The notes: generated from the sequence alone by a model not told the origin. DNA of 38,824 nucleotides from an uncultured Clostridia bacterium (GCA_947625955.1 CANQQH010000001.1:1-38824); one strand, 5' to 3'. Shown: positions 8,149-18,071, counted from the stretch's first letter. Numbers and translations: made by a program.

Positions 8149-8305
8149 AATGAAACCTCTTACTAAAATAATATAACATTTTTGACTTTTTGGCTAGCAA
8201 TTTTGATAAATATATATAAAATATATAATATTAAAATATACATGTGATTTTTTCCACAAAGCAGAACCACAAACAAGCAAACACAACAAACACCAAAATT
8301 GCAAA

Positions 8306-8345
8306 ACAAAAAAATAGGAGTTGATGAAAAATCAACTCCTAAAAA
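8306..8345 (-). terminator. Intrinsic terminator after rubrerythrin (bidirectional in appearance)
   Basis: Stem AGGAGTTGAT (8316-8325) / ATCAACTCCT (8331-8340), loop GAAAA, flanked by A-tracts and T-tracts on both sides. Confidence 0.75.
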
Positions 8346-8441
8346 CAAAAACTATAAAATTTGCTAAAACTTACAAAACTGAAATTTTATTTGTAAATTA
8401 CAAAGCAAATCTTGGAAAATTTTACAAATAAAAATTTCATT

Positions 8442-9044
8442 TTATTCAATTTGTTCTGCATCACCGGTGAGCGTTATTTTGATATAGCCTTGGTCAAAAC
8501 CGCATATTGGGCACTTTTTCCAGCCTTTTTTGAGAGTGTCCTCATGCCCGCAATTCATGCATTTGAGTTTTGACGCCTCATCAAAGGAATAAAGCGTTGA
8601 ATTTTTCAGCATTTGATAAAGGCTTGAAAGCACTTTTGCGTGGCACGCCTCAATTTTTGCAATCTGTTCAATCTTGGTTGCAATGTCGTCAAAACCTTCT
8701 TTTCTTGCAACCTTCGCAAAGTTTGGATAAACGCTGTCGAATTGCCTCTGTTCGTTCTCTGCCTTTATTTTCAGCATTTCAACGAGGTTCGAGTGTTGCA
8801 TTGGATAGGTTGCCTTTATCTCAACCATATCAACTCCGCCCTCGCACGCCGAGCCAATATAGTCATAGAAGACCTTGCCGTGCGCCATTTCATTTGTTGC
8901 AAGTTGTTTCAAAATTGTTGAAACCTGACTGAGTTTTTGCTGAGTTGCCATGTCCGCCATGTATTGATATTTTGCGCCATCCTGACATTCCGCAGCAAAA
9001 GCTCGTGTTAAATTTTTGAGTGTTTCACTATTTCTAAAATCCAT
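8442..9044 (-). CDS. rbr: Rubrerythrin (diiron ferritin-like domain plus C-terminal rubredoxin-type Cys4 site)
   Basis: Two ExxH motifs (NEMAHG, IEACHA) and CMNCGH...CPICG at the C-terminus. I place the start at ATG 9044-9042, 6 nt after GGAGG. The track's 9071 start would read through that SD. Confidence 0.9.
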   Translation of the reverse strand: MDFRNSETLKNLTRAFAAECQDGAKYQYMADMATQQKLSQVSTILKQLATNEMAHGKVFYDYIGSACEGGVDMVEIKATYPMQHSNLVEMLKIKAENEQRQFDSVYPNFAKVARKEGFDDIATKIEQIAKIEACHAKVLSSLYQMLKNSTLYSFDEASKLKCMNCGHEDTLKKGWKKCPICGFDQGYIKITLTGDAEQIE

Positions 9045-9181
9045 TTTTGCCTCCAACTGAATTATGCCCATACCGCTTTTGGCTATACAATTTTATTTGA
9101 AAAACAAGCATAAACAGTGCACTTTTCATGGTTTAGCAATGGCATTTTGCACTTTTTCGTTTTGAAGAGAGCCATATTCGT

Positions 9182-9208
9182 TTGACATTTAGTCTATTTT
9201 AATATAAT
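9182..9208 (+). promoter_or_regulatory. Possible promoter of the ABC exporter operon
   Basis: TTGACA (9182-9187) and TATAAT (9203-9208), but the spacer is only 15 nt and the -10 lies 11 nt from ATG 9220. No SD precedes that ATG, so the mRNA may be near-leaderless or the start may be elsewhere. Confidence 0.25.
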
Positions 9209-9219
9209 TTAATAATACA

Positions 9220-10845
9220 ATGAAAAACGCTAAAAAGAAGCAAAATGAATTTAGACCAATGAGTTACCTCAAAAAGTACACTCATTATGTTGTTTTGGGA
9301 CCAATTTGCAAAGCACTTGAAGCGCTGAGCGAAGTGTTCTCTCCGTTTATCATGGCAAAAATTATTGATATTGGCATTCCAAGCAAAGACAACAGCTACA
9401 TTGTGAAAATGTCGATAGTGATACTTCTCATCAACATCTTAGGTATGGTTTTTGCAATTCTCGGGCAGAAGTTTGCGTCGCTCACGAGTGAAGGCATGGG
9501 GCGAGATATGCGAAATGATGTTTTTGAGCACATCAACACCTATTCCTACTCAGAACTCGACAAGTTTGGAACGTCCACAATCCTCAACCGCACCCTCAAC
9601 GACACCTACCGAATCCACGAGGGCACGAGTGCAATTTTGCGAAATATCATGCGCATACCATTTCTTTTGCTAGGTTCGCTCGTCATGGCAATGTGCGTTA
9701 ACATCAAGCTTTCGCTCATCTTCCTTGTTGTTTCACCAATACTACTTTTCATTGTTTTTTATGTTATGAAAAAATTGCAACCTCTCATCACCGAGGGCAA
9801 AAAAAGGCTTGACACAACAACTCAAATCACAAGCGAAAACCTGACAGGCGTGAGGGTGGTGAGAGCTTTCAACAAGCAAAACTACTTTGGTGGCATACAA
9901 ATCAATCTTGGTGGCATTTCACAAGGTAATTTGCTGGCCTTCATCAACTATTTTGCGCAAATTTCTTCCGCTCTCGTCATGTTTGCGAGGATTATCACAA
10001 TCTTCACAAGAATGAAAATCTCATCAAACCGTATTAATGAACTCTTCGAAACAAAAAATAGCATAACATCCCCTCAAAATCCAGTCAAAATCGACCCAGC
10101 TTCACCAGACTTTGGCAAAGTTGAGTTTCAAGATGTTTGCTTCTCATATAGCAATCTCAAAAACATTGTCAACAACCTTTCGATAACTGTCAATCCGGGT
10201 GACACAATTGGAATTATCGGCGGAACAGGAAGCGGAAAAAGCAGCATTGTGAACCTCATTCCAAGGTTCTATGATGTTTCGTCGGGTGCCGTTTTGGTTG
10301 GCGGAAATAATGTTAAAAAATACGATGTTGAACAGCTTCGCGACATCATTGGTATTGTGCCGCAAAACCCAACACTTTTCACTGGCACAATCCGTCAAAA
10401 TCTTTCCTGGCGAAAACCTGACGCAACCGATGAAGAAATCATAAAAGCACTAAAAATTGCGCAGGCATATGACTTTGTTGCTGAATATCCCGAGTTTCTC
10501 GACCACCCAGTTCAGCGTGGTGGAACGAACTTTTCCGGCGGGCAAAAACAGCGCCTCACCATTGCAAGGGCGCTTGTTGGTAACCCACCAATTCTTATTC
10601 TTGACGACAGCACTTCCGCGCTCGACTTTGCAACTGACGCAAAGCTTCGAAAGGCAATAAAGACCATGCTGAAATCAACCACATTCATTGTTTCTCAGCG
10701 CACAAACTCAATCAAAGACTGTGATCAAATCATTGTTGTGGATTCGGGTAATATTCTTGATATCGGCACGCACGAGCAACTACTCGAAAGGTGCAGCTTG
10801 TATCAAGAGATTCACCAGTCTCAAAACAAAAAGGAGGCGCTATGA
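9220..10845 (+). CDS. ABC exporter half-transporter (TMD-NBD), degenerate-site subunit, with an unusually short TMD
   Basis: Walker A GGTGSGKSS, signature FSGGQKQRLTIARAL, Walker B ILILDDSTSALD (Asp replaces the catalytic Glu), and an H-loop position reading SQR. The start is uncertain: ATG 9220 or ATG 9259, and neither has an SD. Confidence 0.9.
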   Translation: MKNAKKKQNEFRPMSYLKKYTHYVVLGPICKALEALSEVFSPFIMAKIIDIGIPSKDNSYIVKMSIVILLINILGMVFAILGQKFASLTSEGMGRDMRNDVFEHINTYSYSELDKFGTSTILNRTLNDTYRIHEGTSAILRNIMRIPFLLLGSLVMAMCVNIKLSLIFLVVSPILLFIVFYVMKKLQPLITEGKKRLDTTTQITSENLTGVRVVRAFNKQNYFGGIQINLGGISQGNLLAFINYFAQISSALVMFARIITIFTRMKISSNRINELFETKNSITSPQNPVKIDPASPDFGKVEFQDVCFSYSNLKNIVNNLSITVNPGDTIGIIGGTGSGKSSIVNLIPRFYDVSSGAVLVGGNNVKKYDVEQLRDIIGIVPQNPTLFTGTIRQNLSWRKPDATDEEIIKALKIAQAYDFVAEYPEFLDHPVQRGGTNFSGGQKQRLTIARALVGNPPILILDDSTSALDFATDAKLRKAIKTMLKSTTFIVSQRTNSIKDCDQIIVVDSGNILDIGTHEQLLERCSLYQEIHQSQNKKEAL

Positions 10846-12659
10846 GTGAAAATTCGCAGATGAGTAGTGAACTTGTCCGCCAGAAAGAGACAAGACACTT
10901 CAAATCAAGATTCATGAAAAATAGAAGCGCTTTCCAAATTGTTTCGAAAGTGTTCAAGGTCGCAAGACCATATCGGCAATATCTCTATCTCACATTTTTG
11001 TTCGACTTTATCAACTCAATTGCCGAACTTCTTGTTCCAATTTTCTTGGGAAAAGCTATCGGCGCTGCGATTGGAAAGGGTAATGTTAACTTCAAACTTA
11101 TCACTATATATTCACTTGTGATGATTGGCTGCGTTTTAATAGCCGCTCTCTTCAACGCTCTTGGTTCGCTGACCATAAACGCCTATAACTATAAAGCCAC
11201 CTACAAGATTCGCGACCTGCTTTTCAAAAAAATAAATTCACTGCCGCTCTCGTTCATCGACACCACATCTCACGGTGACCTGCTTTCAAGAATGATAAAT
11301 GATATCGACGTTATGACCGACGGCTTCCTCGAAAGCTTCGCCGCTGTTATCTCGGGCATCGTGTCGCTTGTTGGAACGCTTGTTGCAATGCTTATTTTGA
11401 ATATTCCACTGGCACTTATCATTGTAACTCTAACGCCGCTGAGTATTATTTCGTCTGCCTACATCATCAAAAAATCCAAGAAATATTTCAATTTGGAAGT
11501 TCAGTCGCTCGGTGACCTTTCAGGTTATTTGGAAGAATATATTGCGGGCGAAAGAGTTGTTAAAGCTTTCAACCATGAACCTGAGAGCGTCAAAGATTTC
11601 GCAAAAATCAACCAAAACTACTATAAAATTGGTGAAAAATCGCAATTTTATTCAAATCTTTCTGCTCCAACAACAAGATTTGTTAATGGTATTGTCTATG
11701 GCGTGGTTGGTCTTTTTGGTGCGTTCCAAGCCATCCGCGGAATTATTAGTGTTGATATAATTTCAACATTCTTGTCGTATGCAAACTCTTTTGGAAGACC
11801 TTTCAATGAAATCAGCAGCAACATTTCAGACATACAATCTTCCTTTGCTGCTGCCGGGCGTGTTTTCAATATTTTGGAAGAGCCTGATGAAGTCAGCGAT
11901 GAGAATCTGCCAGACCTTCTCAGTTGCGACGGAAATGTTTCAATCAAGAACGTCAACTTCTCATATATTCCAAAAGTGAAGCTCATTCAAAACTTCAACT
12001 TGGAAGTGAAGCAGGGAATGAAAGTTGCAATCGTTGGCCCAACCGGGTGCGGAAAATCCACGCTCATTAACCTTCTCATGCGCTTCTATGACGTTAACAG
12101 TGGAACTATCAGCGTTAGTGGAAATAACATAAAAGAAATAACGCGTTCAAGCCTGAGAAATAAGTATGGAATGGTGCTTCAAGAGACCTGGCTTTTCAAC
12201 GCGTCCATTCGCGACAACATTGCCTATGGCAATCCAAACATTCCTCTCGACGAAGTCATCGCGGCGGCAAAATTAGCTGGTATTCACGAGTTTATTGAGA
12301 AGATGCCAAACAAATATGACACAATGGTCATTGAGGGCGGAAATAACCTCTCTCAGGGCGAAAAACAGCTGCTTTGCATTGCAAGAGTAATGCTACTGAA
12401 ACCGCCTATGCTCATACTGGATGAGGCAACGAGTAATATCGACACAAGAACTGAAATGAACATTCAAAACGCGTTCAACAACATCATGCATGGCAGAACG
12501 TCCTTCGTTGTTGCCCACAGGCTTTCAACCATAACCAACGCAGATATCATTCTTGTGATGAATAAAGGTAATGTTATTGAGCAAGGAACTCACCAAGAAC
12601 TTCTCGATAAAAAAGGCTTCTATTACAATCTCTATAATAGCCAATTTGCGAAGGTATAA
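10842..12659 (+). CDS. ABC exporter half-transporter (TMD-NBD), consensus-site subunit
   Basis: Walker A GPTGCGKST, degenerate signature LSQGEKQLLCIARVM, Walker B MLILDEATSNID, and H-loop VVAHRLST. ATG 10842 follows AGGAGG and overlaps the upstream TGA as ATGA. The track's 10791 start lies inside the upstream gene. Confidence 0.92.
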   Translation: MSENSQMSSELVRQKETRHFKSRFMKNRSAFQIVSKVFKVARPYRQYLYLTFLFDFINSIAELLVPIFLGKAIGAAIGKGNVNFKLITIYSLVMIGCVLIAALFNALGSLTINAYNYKATYKIRDLLFKKINSLPLSFIDTTSHGDLLSRMINDIDVMTDGFLESFAAVISGIVSLVGTLVAMLILNIPLALIIVTLTPLSIISSAYIIKKSKKYFNLEVQSLGDLSGYLEEYIAGERVVKAFNHEPESVKDFAKINQNYYKIGEKSQFYSNLSAPTTRFVNGIVYGVVGLFGAFQAIRGIISVDIISTFLSYANSFGRPFNEISSNISDIQSSFAAAGRVFNILEEPDEVSDENLPDLLSCDGNVSIKNVNFSYIPKVKLIQNFNLEVKQGMKVAIVGPTGCGKSTLINLLMRFYDVNSGTISVSGNNIKEITRSSLRNKYGMVLQETWLFNASIRDNIAYGNPNIPLDEVIAAAKLAGIHEFIEKMPNKYDTMVIEGGNNLSQGEKQLLCIARVMLLKPPMLILDEATSNIDTRTEMNIQNAFNNIMHGRTSFVVAHRLSTITNADIILVMNKGNVIEQGTHQELLDKKGFYYNLYNSQFAKV

Positions 12660-12831
12660 TCTCTTTTCTCACCGCATTGAATATAGATAATATTTGTTAT
12701 TAATAGTAGTTTTAGTAGTAGGGGCTGTTAATAAGTTAAAAACTCACTTTATGCTTGTTTTTTCCAGCGTTTCAAGTGTTGAAAAACTCTTAATAACTAT
12801 GTTGAAAAACTCGAAGTTTTGAACATAAATG

Positions 12832-13725
12832 TTAATAACCTATGGTAACGCCGTCGAAGTAGTAGGAGATGATGTCTTTGTAGTTCATCTTTGCCTCAGC
12901 TTGCTTGATGGCGTTTTCTTGTGAGAGCCCCACGCCGTGACCATAGCCCAGCCCAGAAAAGACAATATTGTTATTTGAAACTGAAATTGATTCTATTTTT
13001 GTTGACCTAAGTTTTGTTGAGCCAAGTTCAGCGCGGAAAGTCTTTGCGTCTATTTCTTTTGCACCAACCAAGAAGGTTAAACATCTCCCGCTTTCGCCAA
13101 TTTCACCTTTTTTGAAAGAGGTGATACTATTAACGCTCACTCCCATGTTTCTAAGCGCGGAAAGAACTTCGTCTTTTGGCGCACTATACTCCCAACGATA
13201 GTCTTTGGTGTTTTCTTCATCAGTTTTAACACTCTTGATATAGCCAAGCTCGTCTTTTGAATTGAAGCCTTCACTTAGGGCTGCTGTTTGCCCGCCAGCG
13301 TTTGAATGAAAGTAGGCGTCGATGAGTTCACCATTATACCTCACAACAATTCCCTTTGTTTCTTTGACCGCTTTTTTAATGTTGCTGTTGACCTTTTCTT
13401 TGCTGTATGCCTGAGCCTCGTTGATGTCGGTTGAAATGTCGGCATTTTCGTATTTTGACTTGCCTGTTTCAATGAACTTCATGACAAATGTACGCGCCAA
13501 AACAGCCTGCGCTTTGAGAGCCTCGATGGGTGAATCGTTGTCTATTTCGCCAGCAACCACGCCTTCAATATATTCTTCAAAATTAAGTTTTTCAATAGTC
13601 TCAGTTTGAGTGTTGAAAAGGCTTATTTCTTTTGGCGTTTTTTTGCAAGAACCAAACACAAAAAGTGTTGGAATAATAATGGCCAAAAGCAAAGTGAAAA
13701 TGATGGAGCGTTTGACTTTTTTCAT
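12832..13725 (-). CDS. spoIID: SpoIID/LytB-domain lipoprotein (stage II sporulation protein D family lytic transglycosylase)
   Basis: AQAVLARTFVMK, YFHSNAGGQTAA and GYGHGVGLSQENAI are present. The N-terminus has a lipobox-like FVFGSC after a hydrophobic segment. Confidence 0.85.
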   Translation of the reverse strand: MKKVKRSIIFTLLLAIIIPTLFVFGSCKKTPKEISLFNTQTETIEKLNFEEYIEGVVAGEIDNDSPIEALKAQAVLARTFVMKFIETGKSKYENADISTDINEAQAYSKEKVNSNIKKAVKETKGIVVRYNGELIDAYFHSNAGGQTAALSEGFNSKDELGYIKSVKTDEENTKDYRWEYSAPKDEVLSALRNMGVSVNSITSFKKGEIGESGRCLTFLVGAKEIDAKTFRAELGSTKLRSTKIESISVSNNNIVFSGLGYGHGVGLSQENAIKQAEAKMNYKDIISYYFDGVTIGY

Positions 13726-13829
13726 AGTTTTTTTTCCTCTTTCTTAGGTTTTGAAAAATATATATAATTTATACCTGGTTTATTAATTACTTGACGAAAT
13801 TTGGCTTTGCCATTAAAATTAATAATAAG

Positions 13830-16448
13830 ATGAAAAAGCAAAAGAAGATATTTATTGGATGTTTTATTGTTATAGCTGTTCTTGCGATAGTTATAACACT
13901 TGCTTTTTCACTTTCGAGTGGTAAAAATCAAATAACCATATCACTCTATAATCCAATAAAAAACGAAACAACGCTGATAAAACAAAAAAATTCGGCGGTG
14001 CTAAAAAAGGCAAGGCACCCAAATATCTCGGGCTATGAGTTTATCGGCTGGTTTTTCGATAACGAGTTTAAAAACAGGGCGGATGAAAACCAAATTTTTT
14101 CGTCTAATATTGGCTTAATTGCTGGGTATAGCAAGATTTTAACCAAGGATTCAAGCAACTTTGAAGTTCCAAATAATAAACTTTTAACAATTTCAACAAG
14201 CAATGGGCAAAAGATAACTCAGCACGAGATAAAAAAACTTGCCTCTTTTGTTTCCTATCTTGATCTTAGCAATGCCGAGATTGAAAATAATGAAATTGGA
14301 AGCGACACTTTTAGCTTTTCTAACATTTCAACATTAATATTGCCAAAGACACTCAAAACCATCGATGAGCGTGCATTTTTTAATGCCACTGAACTTGAAA
14401 ATATCGAGTTTAATAATGAGCTTGTTTCAATAAATGAAAGGGCTTTTGCAAACTGCTCAAATCTTGAAAATGTTGTTTTGCCAGAAAGTTTGGTTCGTCT
14501 TGGTGATGACGTTTTCCAAAACTGCAATATTGAACTAAAAATTGGCTCAAACCTCAAAAATTTTAATGCAAAGAGCCTGCAATATGCAAAAATTTCAAAT
14601 CTTGAATTATCTCTTCAAAACCCAAACTTTATTGAAACTGACGGCTGCATTTTCACGCGCGACATGAAACATCTTGTTTATGCCGTTAATGATAATGATA
14701 TAGAAATCAATGCAGCGATCATTGATGACTATGCGCTTTTTGAAAGTGACGCAAAAAGTGTAACAATAAAAGGCGCTCAAAGAATAGGAAAATACGCGTT
14801 TTCGGGCATGAAAAATCTGGAAGCTGTGAAAATTGAAAACTCCACCTCGTATGAAATTGACGAGTTTGCATTCTACGATTGTCCTAAACTCAAAACTATT
14901 GAACTTGGCTGTGGGCTTGGTGAAGTGAAAAATAGTGCTTTTGAAAATTGCCTGAGTCTCAAACAAGTGACTTTCATAAATTCGTTAAATGAAGATGTTA
15001 AAAAGCTCACAACAATTGGAGAGAAGGCTTTCGATGGCTGCAAAAATTTGCAAGAAATAAACCTGCCAGAGAGCGTTACTCAGCTTGGCAAAAACGCATT
15101 TGCAAACTGCGATAAACTGAAAAAAGTGACACTTTCACCTCAAATTATTGAAATTAAAGAGGAAACTTTCAAAAATTGCTATGACCTTGAAAATATTCTG
15201 TTGGCAGAAAATGTCTCTGCCATTGATAACTATGCATTTCTAAATTGCATAAGCCTTCAAAATATTTCGTGCTTTGAAAACATTTCGGTGCTAGGTGTTG
15301 GGGCTTTCAAGGATTGCGAAAAGTTGCAAAGCGTGGAACTGAACAAAGTGAAAATCATCTCTCCTGAGGCATTTATGAATTGCAAAAATCTTGTCTCTGC
15401 AAACTTTGAACTTGCGGAAAGTTTTTTGCAAAATGCTTTCTTTGGCTGCAAAAACATGAGAACTTTCACCTTCTATGAAAATGTGTCTAGCATTGATTTT
15501 AGTGCTTTTGATAACGCCGGGCTTGAAAGTGTTTCAAGTTTTTCAAACGCGTTTTATAGTGAAAACGGAGTTTTATATAACAATGAAAAAACTGCAATAT
15601 TGTTGTATCCTTTGCTAAAAAAAGATAGAATTTTTACAATTAAAGCAAATATTTTGCAAATTTTTTCTCAAACATTTTTTGAAAATACAAGCATTGAAAA
15701 GTTTGTTGTTGAGGAAGAAAACACAGCTTTTGCTTGCGACGACAATGGAGTTTTACTAAGCTACAATAAAGAGAAAATTATAAGATACCCAAACATCATA
15801 GATTCAACATATTATGTTAATGACAATGTCAAAATTCTTGGGAAAAAGGCTTTTGCAAATAATGAGCATTTGAAGACCTTGAAAATTCCAGCAGGGGTTG
15901 AAGAAATTGAAGTTTCATGTTTTGAAAACACATTACTTTTCAGCCTGGAAATCCCATTTGTTGGAAAGTCGAGAGATAAAGAAAAATTCATTGGCTATGC
16001 GTTCGGCGCTAGCGAATATATTGCGAATGAAAATTTTGTTCCATCCTCGCTTGAAAATGTTGTTGTCACTGATGACAGCTATATTGCGCCATACTCATTC
16101 TTTGGAGCAAAGAACCTCACTCAAATTGAAATAACGGCGAAGAATTATGTTGTAAATGAGTATGCGTTCTTCTCAACAGAAAGCCTCTCAATTCTCAAAA
16201 TTAACGGGGCAATACCTGAGATGAAGGAGTTTTCACTTGCAAACATAAAGCAAGAAAACCTTCAAATAACCTTTCACTTCAACGATGAACTTGAACTTGA
16301 CGACAATTGTATAAGCGGTCTGCCAAGTTCAACAAAGGTGTTGGTGAAAGGGCAGATAAAATACGAGCAGATTATGACTTTGAAGAGCAAATTCCAGCAA
16401 ATCTATGCGCCTTCCTACTATTGGCCATGGGAATTTTCAAGATATTAA
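13830..16448 (+). CDS. BspA-type leucine-rich-repeat surface protein with N-terminal TM anchor and one Flg_new-like module
   Basis: MKKQKKIFIGCFIVIAVLAIVITLAF is the anchor. It is followed by ...GYEFIGWFFDNEF... and then many repeats of the form I.LP.sL..Ig..AF..C..L. (e.g. LENVVLPESLVRLGDDVFQNC, LQEINLPESVTQLGKNAFANC). I prefer ATG 13830 over the track's TTG 13791. Confidence 0.85.
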   Translation: MKKQKKIFIGCFIVIAVLAIVITLAFSLSSGKNQITISLYNPIKNETTLIKQKNSAVLKKARHPNISGYEFIGWFFDNEFKNRADENQIFSSNIGLIAGYSKILTKDSSNFEVPNNKLLTISTSNGQKITQHEIKKLASFVSYLDLSNAEIENNEIGSDTFSFSNISTLILPKTLKTIDERAFFNATELENIEFNNELVSINERAFANCSNLENVVLPESLVRLGDDVFQNCNIELKIGSNLKNFNAKSLQYAKISNLELSLQNPNFIETDGCIFTRDMKHLVYAVNDNDIEINAAIIDDYALFESDAKSVTIKGAQRIGKYAFSGMKNLEAVKIENSTSYEIDEFAFYDCPKLKTIELGCGLGEVKNSAFENCLSLKQVTFINSLNEDVKKLTTIGEKAFDGCKNLQEINLPESVTQLGKNAFANCDKLKKVTLSPQIIEIKEETFKNCYDLENILLAENVSAIDNYAFLNCISLQNISCFENISVLGVGAFKDCEKLQSVELNKVKIISPEAFMNCKNLVSANFELAESFLQNAFFGCKNMRTFTFYENVSSIDFSAFDNAGLESVSSFSNAFYSENGVLYNNEKTAILLYPLLKKDRIFTIKANILQIFSQTFFENTSIEKFVVEEENTAFACDDNGVLLSYNKEKIIRYPNIIDSTYYVNDNVKILGKKAFANNEHLKTLKIPAGVEEIEVSCFENTLLFSLEIPFVGKSRDKEKFIGYAFGASEYIANENFVPSSLENVVVTDDSYIAPYSFFGAKNLTQIEITAKNYVVNEYAFFSTESLSILKINGAIPEMKEFSLANIKQENLQITFHFNDELELDDNCISGLPSSTKVLVKGQIKYEQIMTLKSKFQQIYAPSYYWPWEFSRY

Positions 16449-16522
16449 TTTTGCACAAGCACGCGAAAAATGCTTTGATAAAGCAAAATTTTGTGCTATG
16501 CTTTTTGTAAGGAGCAGACAAA

Positions 16523-17923
16523 ATGTTTATAAGAGTTCCAAATGAGGTTGTGAAGCTGGCAGAAATTTTTCAAAAGAAGGGTGAAAAACTCTATCTTGTT
16601 GGCGGCTACATTCGCAATCAGCTGCTTGGCATAAAGGATGACGAAAACATTGATATTGATGTTTGCTCGTCTTGCTTGCCTGAAAAAGTCTTGAAAATTC
16701 TGGAAAACTCGCCGTTTGAGGCAAACTATATGAGCAAGGAAATGGGCGTTGTTGAAATCAAAAACACTCTTCGCGTTGAGCACGCAACATTCAGGAAGGA
16801 AACCTATGAAAAAAGCGGCGCGCACACGCCAACAAAGGTCGAGTTTATCAAAGACCTTGAAGAAGACGCACTTCGCCGCGACTTTCGCTGCAATGCCATA
16901 TATTATGATATAATCGGCGATGAAATCGTTGACCCGCTCGACGGCGTTGGTGACACTGCAAAGCGCATTATTCGAACAACATTGAAGCCTGACGAGGTGT
17001 TCAAATCAGACGGTGAGCGCGTTTTGAGAATGGTGAGGTTTGCAGCAACTCTTGGCTTCAAGATTGACGACAAGACCTTTGAATCCGCAAAAAGGCACGC
17101 AAGCCGACTTGCAGATATCTCCATGTCGCGCAAAAGGGAAGAATTTAGCCGAATTGTTCTTGCCGACACGGAATACCCATTTTTGCCTGACAAAAAGTAT
17201 GCGCACGCGCGCGGACTCAATATGCTTGCTGAGCTCGACGCCATAAAATACATCATGCCTGTGCTCGACGAAATTCGACTTTCTGGGCTCATTGAAGACA
17301 GAAAAAAGCCACTTTTCGAGCATATTATGAACGTTTTTGCGTTTTCTGCGCCAGAAGTGAGGCTTTCGGCACTCCTTCATGATGTTGGAAAAGCAAGAGC
17401 ATATGCGGCGTATGGAAACTTCAATGGCGAAGAAGAATATGCGCCTGTTATCATTGAAAAAACGCTTGGAAATGAAGGACTCGGCTATTCAAAAAAAATA
17501 GTTGAAAGGGTAAAAAGAGTCGTTTTGGGTAACAATTTTAACAAAAGAGGGTTCGAAAATGCGAAAAACATCAGGCATTTCATTGTTGACAATTTCGACT
17601 GCATTGAACTCATTATAAAACTCAAAAACGCAATCGCGCAGGACAAGAGCAACAACACTCGCCGCTCAAAATCTGCTGAGCAAATAAATAAAATATATAT
17701 TAAGATGCAAAATAACAATGCACCAATAACTCTTGATAAGCTTGCAATCAAAGGCGATGTTTTGATAAAGAGCTTCCCTGAACTCAAAGTCAACAGAACA
17801 AGCGAACTTTTGAAAGCACTGCAATATAAATGCGTTGACGTTCCAACGCTCAACACTGAAAAGTGTTTGCTGGAACTGGCTGAAAAGATGATACACAAGA
17901 AAAATAGTATTTTCGTGAGGTGA
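16523..17923 (+). CDS. cca: CCA-adding tRNA nucleotidyltransferase (class II, with HD domain)
   Basis: The head-domain motif is LYLVGGYIRNQLLG...DIDVCS, with RDFRCNAIYY and an HD motif LLHDVGK. AAGGAG lies 8 nt upstream of the ATG. I cannot exclude a related poly(A) polymerase activity. Confidence 0.8.
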   Translation: MFIRVPNEVVKLAEIFQKKGEKLYLVGGYIRNQLLGIKDDENIDIDVCSSCLPEKVLKILENSPFEANYMSKEMGVVEIKNTLRVEHATFRKETYEKSGAHTPTKVEFIKDLEEDALRRDFRCNAIYYDIIGDEIVDPLDGVGDTAKRIIRTTLKPDEVFKSDGERVLRMVRFAATLGFKIDDKTFESAKRHASRLADISMSRKREEFSRIVLADTEYPFLPDKKYAHARGLNMLAELDAIKYIMPVLDEIRLSGLIEDRKKPLFEHIMNVFAFSAPEVRLSALLHDVGKARAYAAYGNFNGEEEYAPVIIEKTLGNEGLGYSKKIVERVKRVVLGNNFNKRGFENAKNIRHFIVDNFDCIELIIKLKNAIAQDKSNNTRRSKSAEQINKIYIKMQNNNAPITLDKLAIKGDVLIKSFPELKVNRTSELLKALQYKCVDVPTLNTEKCLLELAEKMIHKKNSIFVR

Positions 17924-17927
17924 TAAA

Positions 17928-18071
17928 ATGGTAGCATTGATGATAATTCTTTGTGCTGTTTCGCTAACTGCATCAATATTTTTGATTGCAAGATTCGGCA
18001 TCAAAAAGAAAGAAAACGACGAGTTTGTGAGCGCAGATTTGAAAGAAGAGGCAGACTCGCAAGAGAAATAG
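17928..18071 (+). CDS. Unlisted 47-aa single-TM micro-protein
   Basis: MVALMIILCAVSLTASIFLIARFGIKKKENDEFVSADLKEEADSQEK. The ATG lies 4 nt after the cca TGA and 7-8 nt after GAGG. It is below the track's length cut-off. Confidence 0.4.
   Translation: MVALMIILCAVSLTASIFLIARFGIKKKENDEFVSADLKEEADSQEK

Noticed and set aside
5173-8441. oriC / DnaA-box cluster near parAB
   Set aside because: Only isolated near-matches to TTATCCACA are present (e.g. TTTTCCACA near 8255-8263, CCATCCACA near 4227). There is no cluster and no dnaA or dnaN in the window.
10791-10841. Longer N-terminus for the second ABC gene (track start 10791), and likewise 9045-9071 for rubrerythrin and 13791-13829 for the LRR protein
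   Set aside because: The ABC and rubrerythrin extensions overlap the upstream gene or the gene's own SD, and an ATG correctly spaced from AGGAGG/GGAGG is available downstream. For the LRR gene neither start has an SD; I chose the ATG at the Lys-rich signal-anchor N-terminus.
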